From the IMG/VR virus record IMGVR_UViG_642918906_000001, positions 192,001 to 256,000 of that record: a stretch of 64,000 bases of DNA; one strand, written 5' to 3'. A program made the position numbers and the translations under genes. Under the pieces are notes generated by a model that did no database searches, had not been told where the DNA came from, and was given only the letters and a program-made list of their open reading frames with translations. This DNA comes from a virus. Its lineage: Duplodnaviria > Caudoviricetes. The number at the start of each line of letters is the position of its first letter. The stretch's first letter is position 1. Positions 48,901 through 61,886 of the stretch are shown piece by piece.

Positions 48901-49518
48901 ATGTACCCAACTAAAGCCGATTACAAAGCCGCTGTGAATGGTGAGAAGCCATGGCCAGTTAGTCCTACTCCAGTTGATTTTGAAGTACCCGAAGTTAAAG
49001 GTGTCGTATTGAAAGATTCTTTAAAAGTCCCTGATGTACCCGGCGAGGAAGACGGATTCACTAATCACGAATACCGTCTTAATCAAGGTGGTTTGAATGG
49101 CGGTGACTTGTTGGGTACCAGACAGGTGTCTAACCGTGTCATTGTAATCGCCCCAACTATTGAAGACGTCGTAAAGTTCAGTGCTGCACTACCTGAATTT
49201 TTCCGTGTTCATCACCCGATTTCGTTGCCCGATGCAATCGAGCAGAACATTCGACCTGAGCCATGTCAGATCATCCACGTTACACGTGAAGAAGTTAATA
49301 CTTACCGTGATGAAAAACGTGGTCGTGTATTCTTCCTAGCCTACGCTATATTCGAAAACATCGAAGGTTATGGTGGTTGGGTGGATCTACGTGACCAGAA
49401 TGATTGTAAATGGGGTCGTAATCCAGTACGCCATGCACCAGGGTGCACCCGTTCGTTCCAAGTCCTCAACGGTGAAACTACCATCGAAGAAATCAAAGCC
49501 AAGTGTGGTTTCCAATGA
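48901..49518 (+). CDS. hypothetical protein
   Basis: GAGGT RBS. Confidence 0.75.
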   Translation: MYPTKADYKAAVNGEKPWPVSPTPVDFEVPEVKGVVLKDSLKVPDVPGEEDGFTNHEYRLNQGGLNGGDLLGTRQVSNRVIVIAPTIEDVVKFSAALPEFFRVHHPISLPDAIEQNIRPEPCQIIHVTREEVNTYRDEKRGRVFFLAYAIFENIEGYGGWVDLRDQNDCKWGRNPVRHAPGCTRSFQVLNGETTIEEIKAKCGFQ

Positions 49519-49661
49519 AGACTGGTAATTCAAAGCTATTCAGAAAGCTATCGCTCAATCGCCGAAGCAACCGAGTTAGCTCGGCCGCTCGGAACCCATC
49601 TAAATTGTCAACCCCTATCCCTAACTGGTGGAAGGCGGTTAATGTTAAGGACTCTCTATGA
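49515..49661 (+). CDS. small basic hypothetical protein (48 aa, not in ORF track)
   Basis: MKTGNSKLFRKLSLNRR...; ATGA overlaps at both ends. Confidence 0.5.
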   Translation: MKTGNSKLFRKLSLNRRSNRVSSAARNPSKLSTPIPNWWKAVNVKDSL

Positions 49662-49999
49662 GAAGAGGCGGTTATAAACAAGTTCCCCGTGAATGGTCAC
49701 AAGACGCCATTCACAAAATGATTCAAGCAGTCTACCACCTAAAGTATTACCTACCACGTCGTGATCGTCAGGAACCATTTGAGATCACCTATAATGACGT
49801 GACCATAATGTTCTATCCTAATGGGATTGACTATGGCATCGGTCAAGGTCCTAACGGATACCTTAACCAGATTAAGTGGGAGAACATCACTCATGGCGAT
49901 GCCCTCGTACCAACAGTAAGTAACCTCACACCGTTGATTGAGACAGTTCGTAACGGTTTGGGTCCCCTCCTCAGACATTGGCTGGATACTACAGAATGA
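49658..49999 (+). CDS. hypothetical protein
   Basis: AAGGA RBS. Confidence 0.65.
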   Translation: MRRGGYKQVPREWSQDAIHKMIQAVYHLKYYLPRRDRQEPFEITYNDVTIMFYPNGIDYGIGQGPNGYLNQIKWENITHGDALVPTVSNLTPLIETVRNGLGPLLRHWLDTTE

Positions 50000-50415
50000 C
50001 AGTGAATATATCACATAAATTCCCGCACGACTACGATGAAGACGAATACATTGAGTCCGTGAAGAATAATCCATCGACCAAGCTTTTTGATGAACATGAT
50101 CTACGTACAGACTATCGTCTGCGCAAAGCCGGTGTAGCTGGACTCCTAGAAGAAGCCGGTCGTTACATTAAAGATCTGGTGACCTCTGATGGAGAGCTAA
50201 CTGTAGAGAAAGTCGACTTTGATAATTTTGTTAACCAACGACTGGGTTCGGTAGCAAGTGCACTTGATGGTAATATGCCATCCACTCGTTGGGTGGTATT
50301 AGATTATCAATTTGAGGTAATCAAAGATCCAACTACAGGTAAAGTCGAATTACTTGAAGAAACTCGACCTGTTGGGAGTATAGCTACTGCCTATTGGGAT
50401 CTGGTGAACGGATAA
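49996..50415 (+). CDS. hypothetical protein
   Basis: ATGA overlap. Confidence 0.7.
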   Translation: MTVNISHKFPHDYDEDEYIESVKNNPSTKLFDEHDLRTDYRLRKAGVAGLLEEAGRYIKDLVTSDGELTVEKVDFDNFVNQRLGSVASALDGNMPSTRWVVLDYQFEVIKDPTTGKVELLEETRPVGSIATAYWDLVNG

Positions 50416-50464
50416 TTTACTACATTAGCTAATAATGTACACCATCCATTCAAAGGTTAACTAA

Positions 50465-51052
50465 ATGACAATTCTTGCAGACTGGCAGATCCATACCCTG
50501 TGTACTGGTGACAAGCCAATGATCACCCCATTCCACGCTGAGAAAATGCGATACATCGGCGATGGGATTCGGGTACCTTCTTTCGGTCTTTCGAGCTACG
50601 GTTATGATATCTCGATCTCTGATAAAGGGTTGAAGCTGTTTACTGACGTACACTGTATCGAAGTAGACCCACGCAATATTGATCCACGTATTTACATCGA
50701 ACCTGTAATCAAGTACGCCAATGATGGCGCGCCATATGTATCGTTACCACCTAACGGCTTCCTGTTGGGTCATACGCTTGAATGGTTCGACATGCCTAAT
50801 AACGTATTGGGTAACTGCCTAGGTAAGTCTACTTACGCTCGTGGTGCAGTATCGGTTATCGTTACACCACTGGAACCTGACTGGTCCGGTAATCTGGTTG
50901 TGGAAGTAGTAAACAACTGCAACCTACCAGTGCGCGTGTATTTGAACTGTGGTATCGCACAGGTCCTGTTCTTCCAAGGTGAACCATGTGACTCCGGTTA
51001 TGGTGACGGGAAGTATCAGGGACAAAAGGGTACTCAAGACGCAATTGCTTAA
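50465..51052 (+). CDS. dcd: dCTP deaminase
   Basis: GLSSYGYD, GKSTYARG, TPLEPDWSG, GIAQVLF and GKYQGQKG motifs. Confidence 0.93.
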   Translation: MTILADWQIHTLCTGDKPMITPFHAEKMRYIGDGIRVPSFGLSSYGYDISISDKGLKLFTDVHCIEVDPRNIDPRIYIEPVIKYANDGAPYVSLPPNGFLLGHTLEWFDMPNNVLGNCLGKSTYARGAVSVIVTPLEPDWSGNLVVEVVNNCNLPVRVYLNCGIAQVLFFQGEPCDSGYGDGKYQGQKGTQDAIA

Positions 51053-51058
51053 TTAACG

Positions 51059-51076
51059 GGGGTTCTTCGGAACCCC
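51059..51076 (+). terminator. intrinsic terminator
   Basis: GGGGTTC-TTCG-GAACCCC followed by TTTT. Confidence 0.8.
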
Positions 51077-51106
51077 TTTTATATCGTCTTTTATTTGGAT
51101 TTGATT

Positions 51107-54104
<2,998 letters not shown>

Positions 54105-54112
54105 GGTGTGTA

Positions 54113-55219
54113 ATGCAGTGGCTTAAAAAACTGTTTGGTGGCGAACCTTGTGGTACCGGTGGCGATGAACCTAAGAAAGAACCATTTACTATCATGTCGC
54201 TGTATGACAAGATCGTAAAGGATGCGTATCAATACCCTACCCATGTTGGTCGACTTGAACTGGAATATAAATTACCCCACGGTGAGCACGTATACAAGCG
54301 GGATGTGGTTCTTAAATTTGACCCTAAGGAATGTGAGATCAAGTATTGCCGTATCGACTGTAACGATTTCTCCGTGTTTACCTTCCGGCTAGACGATCTT
54401 CGTAAACACATTATTAACACTGGCAGTGAGCACGTTTATGAACTTGATCGATATAACCTTGAGTTCAAGTTGAGTTGGGTTAACTACGCTGAGATGGAAA
54501 AGCTAACGGCATTGGGTGTACGGGCTCTACTGGAAGAAACTCCACTTGGGACAGCACTTCGAGCATTCAATCACCTGTACATGGTCAGTAATGACGCACC
54601 GGATGAGTCCGCCTTGTATCTAACTCATATAGGTGGTCATCGCAGTGTCCCACATTGGGTGACAGACAGTTATTACCATTTCGGTAAGGTGAGTGAGACT
54701 AGTACCTTACCTTCGTTGATTGTAACTGATGACCGTATTTGTGACGTGAAGTATCTCCCGATGGATCATCACCGACGTTGGGTCACTTTCACAGAGACTA
54801 CTGGCCAGGGGGTTGTTACCATCGTACCGACTGAGAGCTTTACTGGTAAAGTGATTAGTTGTGACGTGGTATTCGATCTTGACGATCCAGCTATGGCTGG
54901 TGTGAGTGTCAACGTCTGTAAACTGTTGTACGATGCATGTGGTGACCTATGGCGCGATAGGTTTAAAGAACTCTACGGAGGTGCAGCGAAAAATAACTCC
55001 GCACTCGCCCTGATTCTCGAACCAAAAGACTTGAAAGTTAAATGGGGTGGAATCCATTACAATCTGTGGGATTTCATATACGACCAAATTGAGAAATTCG
55101 ATCCTGAGAAACGACCTTACATCCTTACTAATGTATCGCCAGTCAACATCCTAGAAAACATCTTCGGTATTGATCGGCATGGTAATATGACCTTTAAACC
55201 AGCAGAGGCGCAACAATGA
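54113..55219 (+). CDS. hypothetical protein (paralogue family)
   Basis: GAGGTG RBS; shares motifs with the next gene. Confidence 0.75.
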   Translation: MQWLKKLFGGEPCGTGGDEPKKEPFTIMSLYDKIVKDAYQYPTHVGRLELEYKLPHGEHVYKRDVVLKFDPKECEIKYCRIDCNDFSVFTFRLDDLRKHIINTGSEHVYELDRYNLEFKLSWVNYAEMEKLTALGVRALLEETPLGTALRAFNHLYMVSNDAPDESALYLTHIGGHRSVPHWVTDSYYHFGKVSETSTLPSLIVTDDRICDVKYLPMDHHRRWVTFTETTGQGVVTIVPTESFTGKVISCDVVFDLDDPAMAGVSVNVCKLLYDACGDLWRDRFKELYGGAAKNNSALALILEPKDLKVKWGGIHYNLWDFIYDQIEKFDPEKRPYILTNVSPVNILENIFGIDRHGNMTFKPAEAQQ

Positions 55220-56247
55220 GTGTTATCGGTGACATTAAGAAATACCTTACTCATCAGTTTACTGATCCTACGGTATTCTTGGGTATTGCCCAGATGCTTC
55301 AAGCGGGTATTCCAATCGTAAAGGTACGTTATCGTAATGTACCAGAACCTCGATATTACATGGGCACTGGCGAGCGTTATGGTAACGGTGTGGGTAAACA
55401 TGCTCGTTGGATGATGACGGTAACCCACTTCAAACAACACGATGATGGCATTAGTCGTTTGGAACCTGAGATTAGTCCTTGGATGGACCAACGCGAGTTG
55501 GATCTTTTGCTCCAATGGCACAACTATGATATCCATGTGATGGAAGCCACCTTCGTATCAGCTGTAACAGCTGAGGATCAGGTCGACATCATCAAGGATA
55601 TCGTACGTCGTTTGAAGCCTGGTCAAGGTTACAACTATAGCGGTTCTGAGATCAAGACTGATTGCATCCAACCGGACGGTTATCTGATCCATACCGGTAG
55701 CCATAAACGAATCGTACCTGAACGATTCATTAATACTGGTCTGGTATTCCCACGAGATCAATTCGGCAATGACTTCAAAACGAAGAACTTGTTCGTAGCC
55801 GATGAGAAGCGTATTAGACGTCAACATCGTTCGAACAAAGATCTCCATCGGTGGCTGGTGGTTAAACCAGTGGTCAGTGTAAATGATCAATGGGCTATTA
55901 AATACACCAATGGTCACACAGCACATGCACCGGTACATTATTACAGTGTCGATATTGACATTGATAATAAAGCCATGAAGGGCCACCCCTTCTATATCCG
56001 TGAACTGGTAGAACAGGCCCTTAAGGACATTCATGCGATACACTCCGATGGTGACTACGTTTTCAATCCAGATAACGTTTTGATCACATGGGACGGTCGT
56101 TCAGAAACCCTCCCTAAATGGTTAGAACGCGCAGCGCGGTATCGTGCTTCTAATGATGAGGAACCGATCATCATCACTGAGAATTTCAATGGTGAAGTTG
56201 ATTTCGGTTACTATAATAATGTAAAACTAACTTTGGGGAATAAATAA
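55216..56247 (+). CDS. hypothetical protein (paralogue family)
   Basis: ATGA overlap, GAGG RBS. Confidence 0.75.
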   Translation: MSVIGDIKKYLTHQFTDPTVFLGIAQMLQAGIPIVKVRYRNVPEPRYYMGTGERYGNGVGKHARWMMTVTHFKQHDDGISRLEPEISPWMDQRELDLLLQWHNYDIHVMEATFVSAVTAEDQVDIIKDIVRRLKPGQGYNYSGSEIKTDCIQPDGYLIHTGSHKRIVPERFINTGLVFPRDQFGNDFKTKNLFVADEKRIRRQHRSNKDLHRWLVVKPVVSVNDQWAIKYTNGHTAHAPVHYYSVDIDIDNKAMKGHPFYIRELVEQALKDIHAIHSDGDYVFNPDNVLITWDGRSETLPKWLERAARYRASNDEEPIIITENFNGEVDFGYYNNVKLTLGNK

Positions 56248-56486
56248 TGACACGTACACGACTCGAGAAAAAATTGCTGAAAGACTACCTCCATTCACAA
56301 AGCTTTGTTGAGTGGTTCCAAGACTTCCGTGGTGCACTACTGGAAACCTTGGAAGAGAACAATGATCCTCGGGTTATCATCCGTCAGTTCAAGAACCGTA
56401 TGGTTAAACGGGGTAACCGTAATGTGTGGTTCCGTCGTACGCGGATGGCACATTACGTTAAAGTGGCATTGGACCTCGATCTGTAA
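56247..56486 (+). CDS. hypothetical protein
   Basis: Coupled. Confidence 0.65.
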   Translation: MTRTRLEKKLLKDYLHSQSFVEWFQDFRGALLETLEENNDPRVIIRQFKNRMVKRGNRNVWFRRTRMAHYVKVALDLDL

Positions 56487-56519
56487 CCAATCCTGTAGTC
56501 TAACTACAGGGGCTACACC

Positions 56520-56927
56520 ATGACCTTTAATGTTGTTGAAACAGTGGTTGATCTGAACTATCGGTTCAACCGCACCTACTACGAACACGGGGATAACCTA
56601 GTTAAAGTAGGTAATAAAGATTGGGGATTCACTGACGCGGATATTGTAGAGATCAAGTTGTATGGTTGGCAAGCTAAAGAACAGAAACTTAAGTTCTATA
56701 AAGAACGTAACTATGTTCAGCAAGACCGATTGATCTTTACGATCTTTGATGAATACACTAACCTGATTCAAACTGAACTGCATGTAATCCTTTCTGAGAA
56801 AAGAACTTACTGGCGTGAGAACCGCGAGACCCGTGGTCGCACGTTCCCTAATTTCTCATTAAAGCTTAAGATCATTCAAGATCCAAACAAGAAGACTTAC
56901 GTGTGGTCTGGGGAGTATTGGGGATGA
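56520..56927 (+). CDS. hypothetical protein
   Basis: AGGGG RBS. Confidence 0.65.
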   Translation: MTFNVVETVVDLNYRFNRTYYEHGDNLVKVGNKDWGFTDADIVEIKLYGWQAKEQKLKFYKERNYVQQDRLIFTIFDEYTNLIQTELHVILSEKRTYWRENRETRGRTFPNFSLKLKIIQDPNKKTYVWSGEYWG

Positions 56928-57352
56928 AGTCATCAACGCGTATCACGATACCTATTATCCACGGTGTTAATGGTTGCATCATGGATTTCCCATTTACACG
57001 TCAGGGTGAGACTAGGTTGGCTCCAATCAAATGGATTACACCTATCGAAGTTGAATACCCTGATGGATGGGCCATCTTTAAACTGAAAACCGTTCCTACC
57101 TTGATCCTTTATGAAGACCATAAAGAGTTCGAGATATGGGATCAGTACATGATGTCCAAACCTAAGTTGGTAGGTCGAGTTAAAATCAACTGCACTACCG
57201 ATTATTATGAAGTCGAACTTGAACCTAAGTACAGGTGTTTCCGACTGAGTATGATTCTGTTGGTACACCATAACCCACAGGAACCTTTTTATACCAATGC
57301 GTTTCGTAACCGTACTCCGTATGGTGAGTGGCGCTATAAGGATGTTATCTAA
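56924..57352 (+). CDS. hypothetical protein
   Basis: ATGA overlap, GGAG RBS. Confidence 0.65.
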   Translation: MKSSTRITIPIIHGVNGCIMDFPFTRQGETRLAPIKWITPIEVEYPDGWAIFKLKTVPTLILYEDHKEFEIWDQYMMSKPKLVGRVKINCTTDYYEVELEPKYRCFRLSMILLVHHNPQEPFYTNAFRNRTPYGEWRYKDVI

Positions 57353-57601
57353 ATGTGGAACGATCCGTTAATCACCCCAAAGCCGGCTGCCAGGCCACCA
57401 GCACCAAAGGCACCACCACGGAAACCGGCTAAGAAGAAGCCTAAACCAAAGCCTAGGCCTAAGTCCACTGCTAAGTTGGAGAAAGACCTAGCTACCCTAA
57501 AAGAGTTGACTAAGTCTCAAGGTATCCAGCTTGCACGTTTGGGTGAGATCGTTACCAACCTTCAGTTGAATCATATTGATCGAATCGCGGTGGATACATG
57601 A
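57353..57601 (+). CDS. Pro/Lys-rich coiled-coil protein
   Basis: PKPAARPPAPKAPPRKP followed by heptads. Confidence 0.7.
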   Translation: MWNDPLITPKPAARPPAPKAPPRKPAKKKPKPKPRPKSTAKLEKDLATLKELTKSQGIQLARLGEIVTNLQLNHIDRIAVDT

Positions 57602-57921
57602 ATGACTTATGGGAATTGTTAAAGAAAGTCTTTTGTTCGAAGCGTAGTGAAGGGCACCATAAGAAACTTCATGACGCTTGTACACGCAAACCTTTACCTG
57701 ATAAGGCTCCACCTGGACCACCTAAGATCAATAAAGTTACTACCGTAAGGCTTGAGGTCGATATGGCAAAACAAACTAAGAAAGATAAGATTGTTGAACT
57801 AGAACGTGAACTCAAAGACCTGCGTCAACAATCTGAGAATCAAACAGCTTTGTTGGAAGTTATCGTTAAAGAGTTGTCTGGTCTACGCCGTGATCTCTCA
57901 CACCTACTCCCGGAGAAATAA
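57598..57921 (+). CDS. coiled-coil protein
   Basis: KAPPGPPK followed by C-terminal heptads. Confidence 0.7.
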   Translation: MNDLWELLKKVFCSKRSEGHHKKLHDACTRKPLPDKAPPGPPKINKVTTVRLEVDMAKQTKKDKIVELERELKDLRQQSENQTALLEVIVKELSGLRRDLSHLLPEK

Positions 57922-57923
57922 GA

Positions 57924-58739
57924 ATGGCAATTGCAGTAGTTAACCATAGTGATCTTGTTAAGTTCACCGATGACTTGGGGTTTCCTAAGTACACCAAAGT
58001 AAAACTGGAACCGGGTGGTATTGGTTATCAGTATTACGATAAATGGGTACGCGAGAACGTGCAGTGGATTGACCTCATCAACCTAGATCCATCGGTACAT
58101 GTACGTATCACTGAATCGGCTCAATTGGTTGGCGAAATCCCTGAGGCGTGGAATCTCCGCCACCAACAGTTCCTTGAAGGTACCGAAGAACTAAACTCCT
58201 TTAAGGCAATCAGTACCGAGATCGATGGCGTTCCAATTGAGATTGAAACCCACGTGAACCGTAATGCCATTAAAGTAGCCGTAACTACAACTGAGTTGAA
58301 ATACAAGGTTGATTACGTCAAGTCTTTTGAAGGTGATGTACTCAATGAGAACCATTTGGTAATTGCCGTATTCGATTCTCCAGAAGATACTAGCATTAGC
58401 TATACGACGGAACTACCTGTTGACGTAATCTGGACAACTAAAGTTGACCACGTTGACGAAGGTGGTGTCGAGGTACCGTACCTTTTCAAACGGGCTTATT
58501 ACAACGATCCAGTGAAGGAAGAATCACATCCATGGATCTACGTGGGTAGCCTAACCGACGAAGAATACGAGATCTGGAAAGAGTACAATATCGAGAAACC
58601 TAAGACACTCGAAGATATGCTCGATACGGATTTCCGTGGTATTGATGAATCAAAAGTAAAAGCCGCCGCTGAATCTACCTTAACGTTGGCTAATGCTATT
58701 GGCGATGCCCGTAAAGGTATCAGTCATTTAGCTAGTTAA
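57924..58739 (+). CDS. hypothetical protein
   Basis: GGAG RBS, 271 aa. Confidence 0.75.
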   Translation: MAIAVVNHSDLVKFTDDLGFPKYTKVKLEPGGIGYQYYDKWVRENVQWIDLINLDPSVHVRITESAQLVGEIPEAWNLRHQQFLEGTEELNSFKAISTEIDGVPIEIETHVNRNAIKVAVTTTELKYKVDYVKSFEGDVLNENHLVIAVFDSPEDTSISYTTELPVDVIWTTKVDHVDEGGVEVPYLFKRAYYNDPVKEESHPWIYVGSLTDEEYEIWKEYNIEKPKTLEDMLDTDFRGIDESKVKAAAESTLTLANAIGDARKGISHLAS

Positions 58740-58744
58740 ATTAG

Positions 58745-58762
58745 TCCTCCCTTCGGGGAGGA
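58745..58762 (+). terminator. intrinsic terminator
   Basis: TCCTCCC-TTCG-GGGAGGA followed by TTTATT. Confidence 0.8.
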
Positions 58763-58789
58763 TTTATTCTGTTTTGGAGTGGGTTAACA

Positions 58790-59032
58790 ATGCTTAAAAT
58801 ATTTGAGTTGATCTCATTAAATACATGGTTTCGTAAATTTGCCGCTGAATATAAAGTGGCCAAAGTTAAGTTGCTTCAACGTGAATTGGCATCGTGCAAT
58901 AAACGTTTAACTGATATCATCCAGCTAGCTAATGCGAACCCCACTGTAGACTACTCAGGGAAGATCATTGGATACTGTGATCTGATTCGACATTACGAAT
59001 GTAAGCTTATTAATAATGGCGTACAGATTTAA
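58790..59032 (+). CDS. hypothetical protein
   Basis: GGAG RBS. Confidence 0.6.
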   Translation: MLKIFELISLNTWFRKFAAEYKVAKVKLLQRELASCNKRLTDIIQLANANPTVDYSGKIIGYCDLIRHYECKLINNGVQI

Positions 59033-59068
59033 CACTATAGTCTGCCCTCAATAACAAAGGTTTAACGG

Positions 59069-59437
59069 ATGCTAAGTTTAACACACGTAACACGACTGAT
59101 GCTATTAACTGGAGCTTTGATGTTCCCTACAATGGCACACAGCGTTCAACAGGTTTTCGTTGATCAGCTTTATTGTGATGGTCTAGCTGATATGGCTAAG
59201 GCTGGAGCAGAAGCTAAGCAACGAGGTGAGTCACTTCAACAGTGGCGAAACAACATGTTGGCCATGAAAGGCTACGGCGTGCGCAACGAAGATAACGTTC
59301 TTTTCCGCGTTCTGCCACAAGCAATTGAAGAAGCTGGTGAAGTCTATAAGGCAAAGCGTCCTCCGGTTGCCACCTACATCGCTACTTATAAAGCTTGCAT
59401 GGTATCAGACTTCGGTCATACCAAAATACTGCGATAA
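59069..59437 (+). CDS. putative exported helical protein
   Basis: Signal-peptide-like N-terminus ending AHS; two Cys. Confidence 0.7.
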   Translation: MLSLTHVTRLMLLTGALMFPTMAHSVQQVFVDQLYCDGLADMAKAGAEAKQRGESLQQWRNNMLAMKGYGVRNEDNVLFRVLPQAIEEAGEVYKAKRPPVATYIATYKACMVSDFGHTKILR

Positions 59438-59442
59438 AACAT

Positions 59443-59460
59443 CCCCTCCGAAAGGAGGGG
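59443..59460 (+). terminator. intrinsic terminator
   Basis: CCCCTCC-GAAA-GGAGGGG followed by CTTTATTT. Confidence 0.75.
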
Positions 59461-59481
59461 CTTTATTTCGAGGATGCCTTC

Positions 59482-59694
59482 ATGACTTTGCTAAATAAGG
59501 TTTACTTTTTTGTGATTCTACCACTTTGGTTAGGCTCAGCTAGCCTTAACATATATGCGTTCTTCAAGAAACGTACTGTACGTAGTCCAATGTTCAGACG
59601 TTGGAATCTAACCCATAGTGTCACTCAGGTGACCACCATCCTATTCGGTCTCTTAGTAGGTTTCCTAGGGGCTGAAGTTTATCGAAACTGGTGA
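59482..59694 (+). CDS. small membrane protein (2 TM)
   Basis: GAGGA RBS before ATG 59482. Confidence 0.6.
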   Translation: MTLLNKVYFFVILPLWLGSASLNIYAFFKKRTVRSPMFRRWNLTHSVTQVTTILFGLLVGFLGAEVYRNW

Positions 59695-59699
59695 ATTAA

Positions 59700-59933
59700 A
59701 TGTTTGAATACCTTAACGCTAAATTGATTCAACCTTTCCTACTCCGTCGTAAGTTGGCTAAACTCAAATTACTGCGAGAAGAATACGAGATACACAAATG
59801 GGCGTACGGTACCAGTGTACCTAATGAACGTAGTAAATGGTGTGATAAAAGAGCCAGTGCTATTAAGAATGAAATCCTTAATCTACTGACCGATGACGCC
59901 TACCCGTGGAACGCTGAGAATAAGGCTAAGTAA
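59700..59933 (+). CDS. hypothetical protein
   Basis: 77 aa in operon. Confidence 0.6.
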   Translation: MFEYLNAKLIQPFLLRRKLAKLKLLREEYEIHKWAYGTSVPNERSKWCDKRASAIKNEILNLLTDDAYPWNAENKAK

Positions 59934-60277
59934 TGATTCCTTTCAAGGACGCAGATCAGTGGCGTATTAGTGAAGGTTATGCTGACATGACTGTCATTAA
60001 TACAGGTGGCTGTGAGAACTTCGCAACCGACATGCTACACCACATACCTAACGGTGAATTGATAGGTACTGAAAACGTGGTCTGCTGGGATCACACAGAT
60101 ACATGGCCAGGTGGCCACTGTTGGATTTACGATGGTGACAAACATTATGACAGTGAAGCACTAGACGGCGTGGATGACTGGCGACAACTTCCTTTCTTTA
60201 GTACTCGCCTCAAAGAACTTCGCGAAGTAACAGAATGTGATTGTCCACAAGTATGTTTTGTGAAAGTAAATAAATGA
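59933..60277 (+). CDS. hypothetical protein with possible Cys-His-Asp triad
   Basis: INTGGCENFA..GHCWIY..HYDSE. Confidence 0.65.
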   Translation: MIPFKDADQWRISEGYADMTVINTGGCENFATDMLHHIPNGELIGTENVVCWDHTDTWPGGHCWIYDGDKHYDSEALDGVDDWRQLPFFSTRLKELREVTECDCPQVCFVKVNK

Positions 60278-60282
60278 CATAA

Positions 60283-60303
60283 CCCCCTCCATTACGGAGG
60301 GGG
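60283..60303 (+). terminator. hairpin, probable terminator
   Basis: CCCCCTCC-ATTAC-GGAGGGGG preceded by GACATAA. Confidence 0.65.
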
Positions 60304-60330
60304 ATGGTCTAATTCTTTTTTGGAGGTTTT

Positions 60331-60531
60331 ATGTATCACGTATATATCTGGTTGTCCCTAGCAATAACCTTTATTGCTTTAGTTTGGTTTGAACATAAGC
60401 AACTTACCAATGGTGGCCTGTTCTACGGATTTGGATTCTTCTTTAGTAGCATCGGATTCACACTTTCAACTATTGGTTGTGTTATCAGCATACTCATCGG
60501 TGCGGTGGAGTTGTTTAAGCTTTTAACTTAA
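60331..60531 (+). CDS. small membrane protein (2 TM)
   Basis: GGAGG RBS, hydrophobic. Confidence 0.65.
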   Translation: MYHVYIWLSLAITFIALVWFEHKQLTNGGLFYGFGFFFSSIGFTLSTIGCVISILIGAVELFKLLT

Positions 60532-60560
60532 CTCAAAAGATTTCAGATTTATATCATGTA
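60530..60560 (+). promoter_or_regulatory. early-promoter variant (TATATCAT), copy 2
   Basis: AACTCAAAAGATTTCAGATTTATATCATGTA followed by GTTG. Confidence 0.65.
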
Positions 60561-60603
60561 GTTGAGTTATAAACCACTTCAATCAGCATAAGAGGAAACG
60601 TAC

Positions 60604-61725
60604 ATGTCTATCCAACGCATTACTTTCGAAGGTGTTCTGAACTGGCTGTCCACTAAGCAATCCGATAAGTGGCACATGGTATTTCAGGCATCTCAGTTTG
60701 ATCTGAATGACTTCGTTGATAGTGTTAGCTTCGGTCATCTGACTTTGAACCTGAGTCCTAACGCTACTCGTGACATGGCTCTGTATGATGAACACATCTA
60801 CTTCAAGATCTGCAAGCACGGCATCCCACAAGAGATGATGATTCCATATACAGCCTTGATGATCATTCAAGATCCAGATGATCCATCCGGTTCCATGCCA
60901 TGGCCTTATTTCTTGGATCATGGTGAAGACTACACTCCAGACGAAGATGAAGAACTTGACCAGGGTACCGTAGTTAAGAAATCCAATGTAATCGAACTAC
61001 CTAACTCGGGAGTTAAATTGGAGTTGCGTATTCCTACGCTGGAGGACTATAACAACCTGAATTTCGACAACGTACTTCAGTTCCCTAAAAAGGATGCTGA
61101 TGGAGAACTACCATCCGCCGAAGAAATTGCTGAACTCAATCAACTGATGTCGGACAATGGCATGGACATTAATCTGGTGGAGTTCAAACGAAATGACAAG
61201 GGTGAGTTTGAAGTTTCGCTTAGCCTTAATGATAATCCGGTAGTTGAATGGGACGGTAAAGATAAGCATCTCAAGCAACTGTCTGATAACCTACCTAAAG
61301 GACTGGTTTCCGATGACGGCATTATTGATGTAGTGAAGCTCGCTTCCAAGGCACAACGTCTGGCACTGGCTGCGCCGCCTACGTTGCAACAACGTATGGC
61401 TGAACGCGGTATGAGTGTGATCATCGGTGGAGCTAAGCCTGCTGAAGCTAGCATGCCTTTCATTGATGAAGTCTATCGTGCTAAGCGTGAACGCCGTGAA
61501 GCTATCCAGAAAGCGGCAGACGAAGCGTTGTTCAAAGAGCGAGCACTTCCAGCAGGTACAACCCTAGGTGAAATGCTTCAATCGCCCGGCATGACCATTC
61601 GTTCGGATGGTTCTAAAGGTAACTCGGTGTTCTTCCCTGATCTGGATGTACGTAAGTGCTACTTCCATACTCGACGTATTGTTCGTCCAGAATGGCTCCA
61701 AGTACATGAAGGGGGTCTGAAATGA
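60604..61725 (+). CDS. SspB-like ClpXP adaptor protein with long acidic tail
   Basis: HLTLNLSPNATRDMALYDEHIYFKICKHGIPQEMMIPYTALMII matches the SspB core; C-terminal RPEWLQVHEGGLK. Confidence 0.75.
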   Translation: MSIQRITFEGVLNWLSTKQSDKWHMVFQASQFDLNDFVDSVSFGHLTLNLSPNATRDMALYDEHIYFKICKHGIPQEMMIPYTALMIIQDPDDPSGSMPWPYFLDHGEDYTPDEDEELDQGTVVKKSNVIELPNSGVKLELRIPTLEDYNNLNFDNVLQFPKKDADGELPSAEEIAELNQLMSDNGMDINLVEFKRNDKGEFEVSLSLNDNPVVEWDGKDKHLKQLSDNLPKGLVSDDGIIDVVKLASKAQRLALAAPPTLQQRMAERGMSVIIGGAKPAEASMPFIDEVYRAKRERREAIQKAADEALFKERALPAGTTLGEMLQSPGMTIRSDGSKGNSVFFPDLDVRKCYFHTRRIVRPEWLQVHEGGLK

Positions 61726-61886
61726 TTGACGGTATTTTTGCAGCGGCGTACATCTTCACCATCTTAGGTTGGATAGGTATCCCGATGGCGGTGCTAGGTA
61801 ATAACGATAGGATGTTTAAATATCTATTACCCACTACCATTTGCTTTTCAATATTCACTGTAATATGGACTATTTTCTATGGATAA
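61722..61886 (+). CDS. small membrane protein (54 aa, not in ORF track)
   Basis: MIDGIFAAAYIFTILGWIGIPMAVLG...FSIFTVIWTIFYG; coupled at both ends. Confidence 0.6.
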   Translation: MIDGIFAAAYIFTILGWIGIPMAVLGNNDRMFKYLLPTTICFSIFTVIWTIFYG

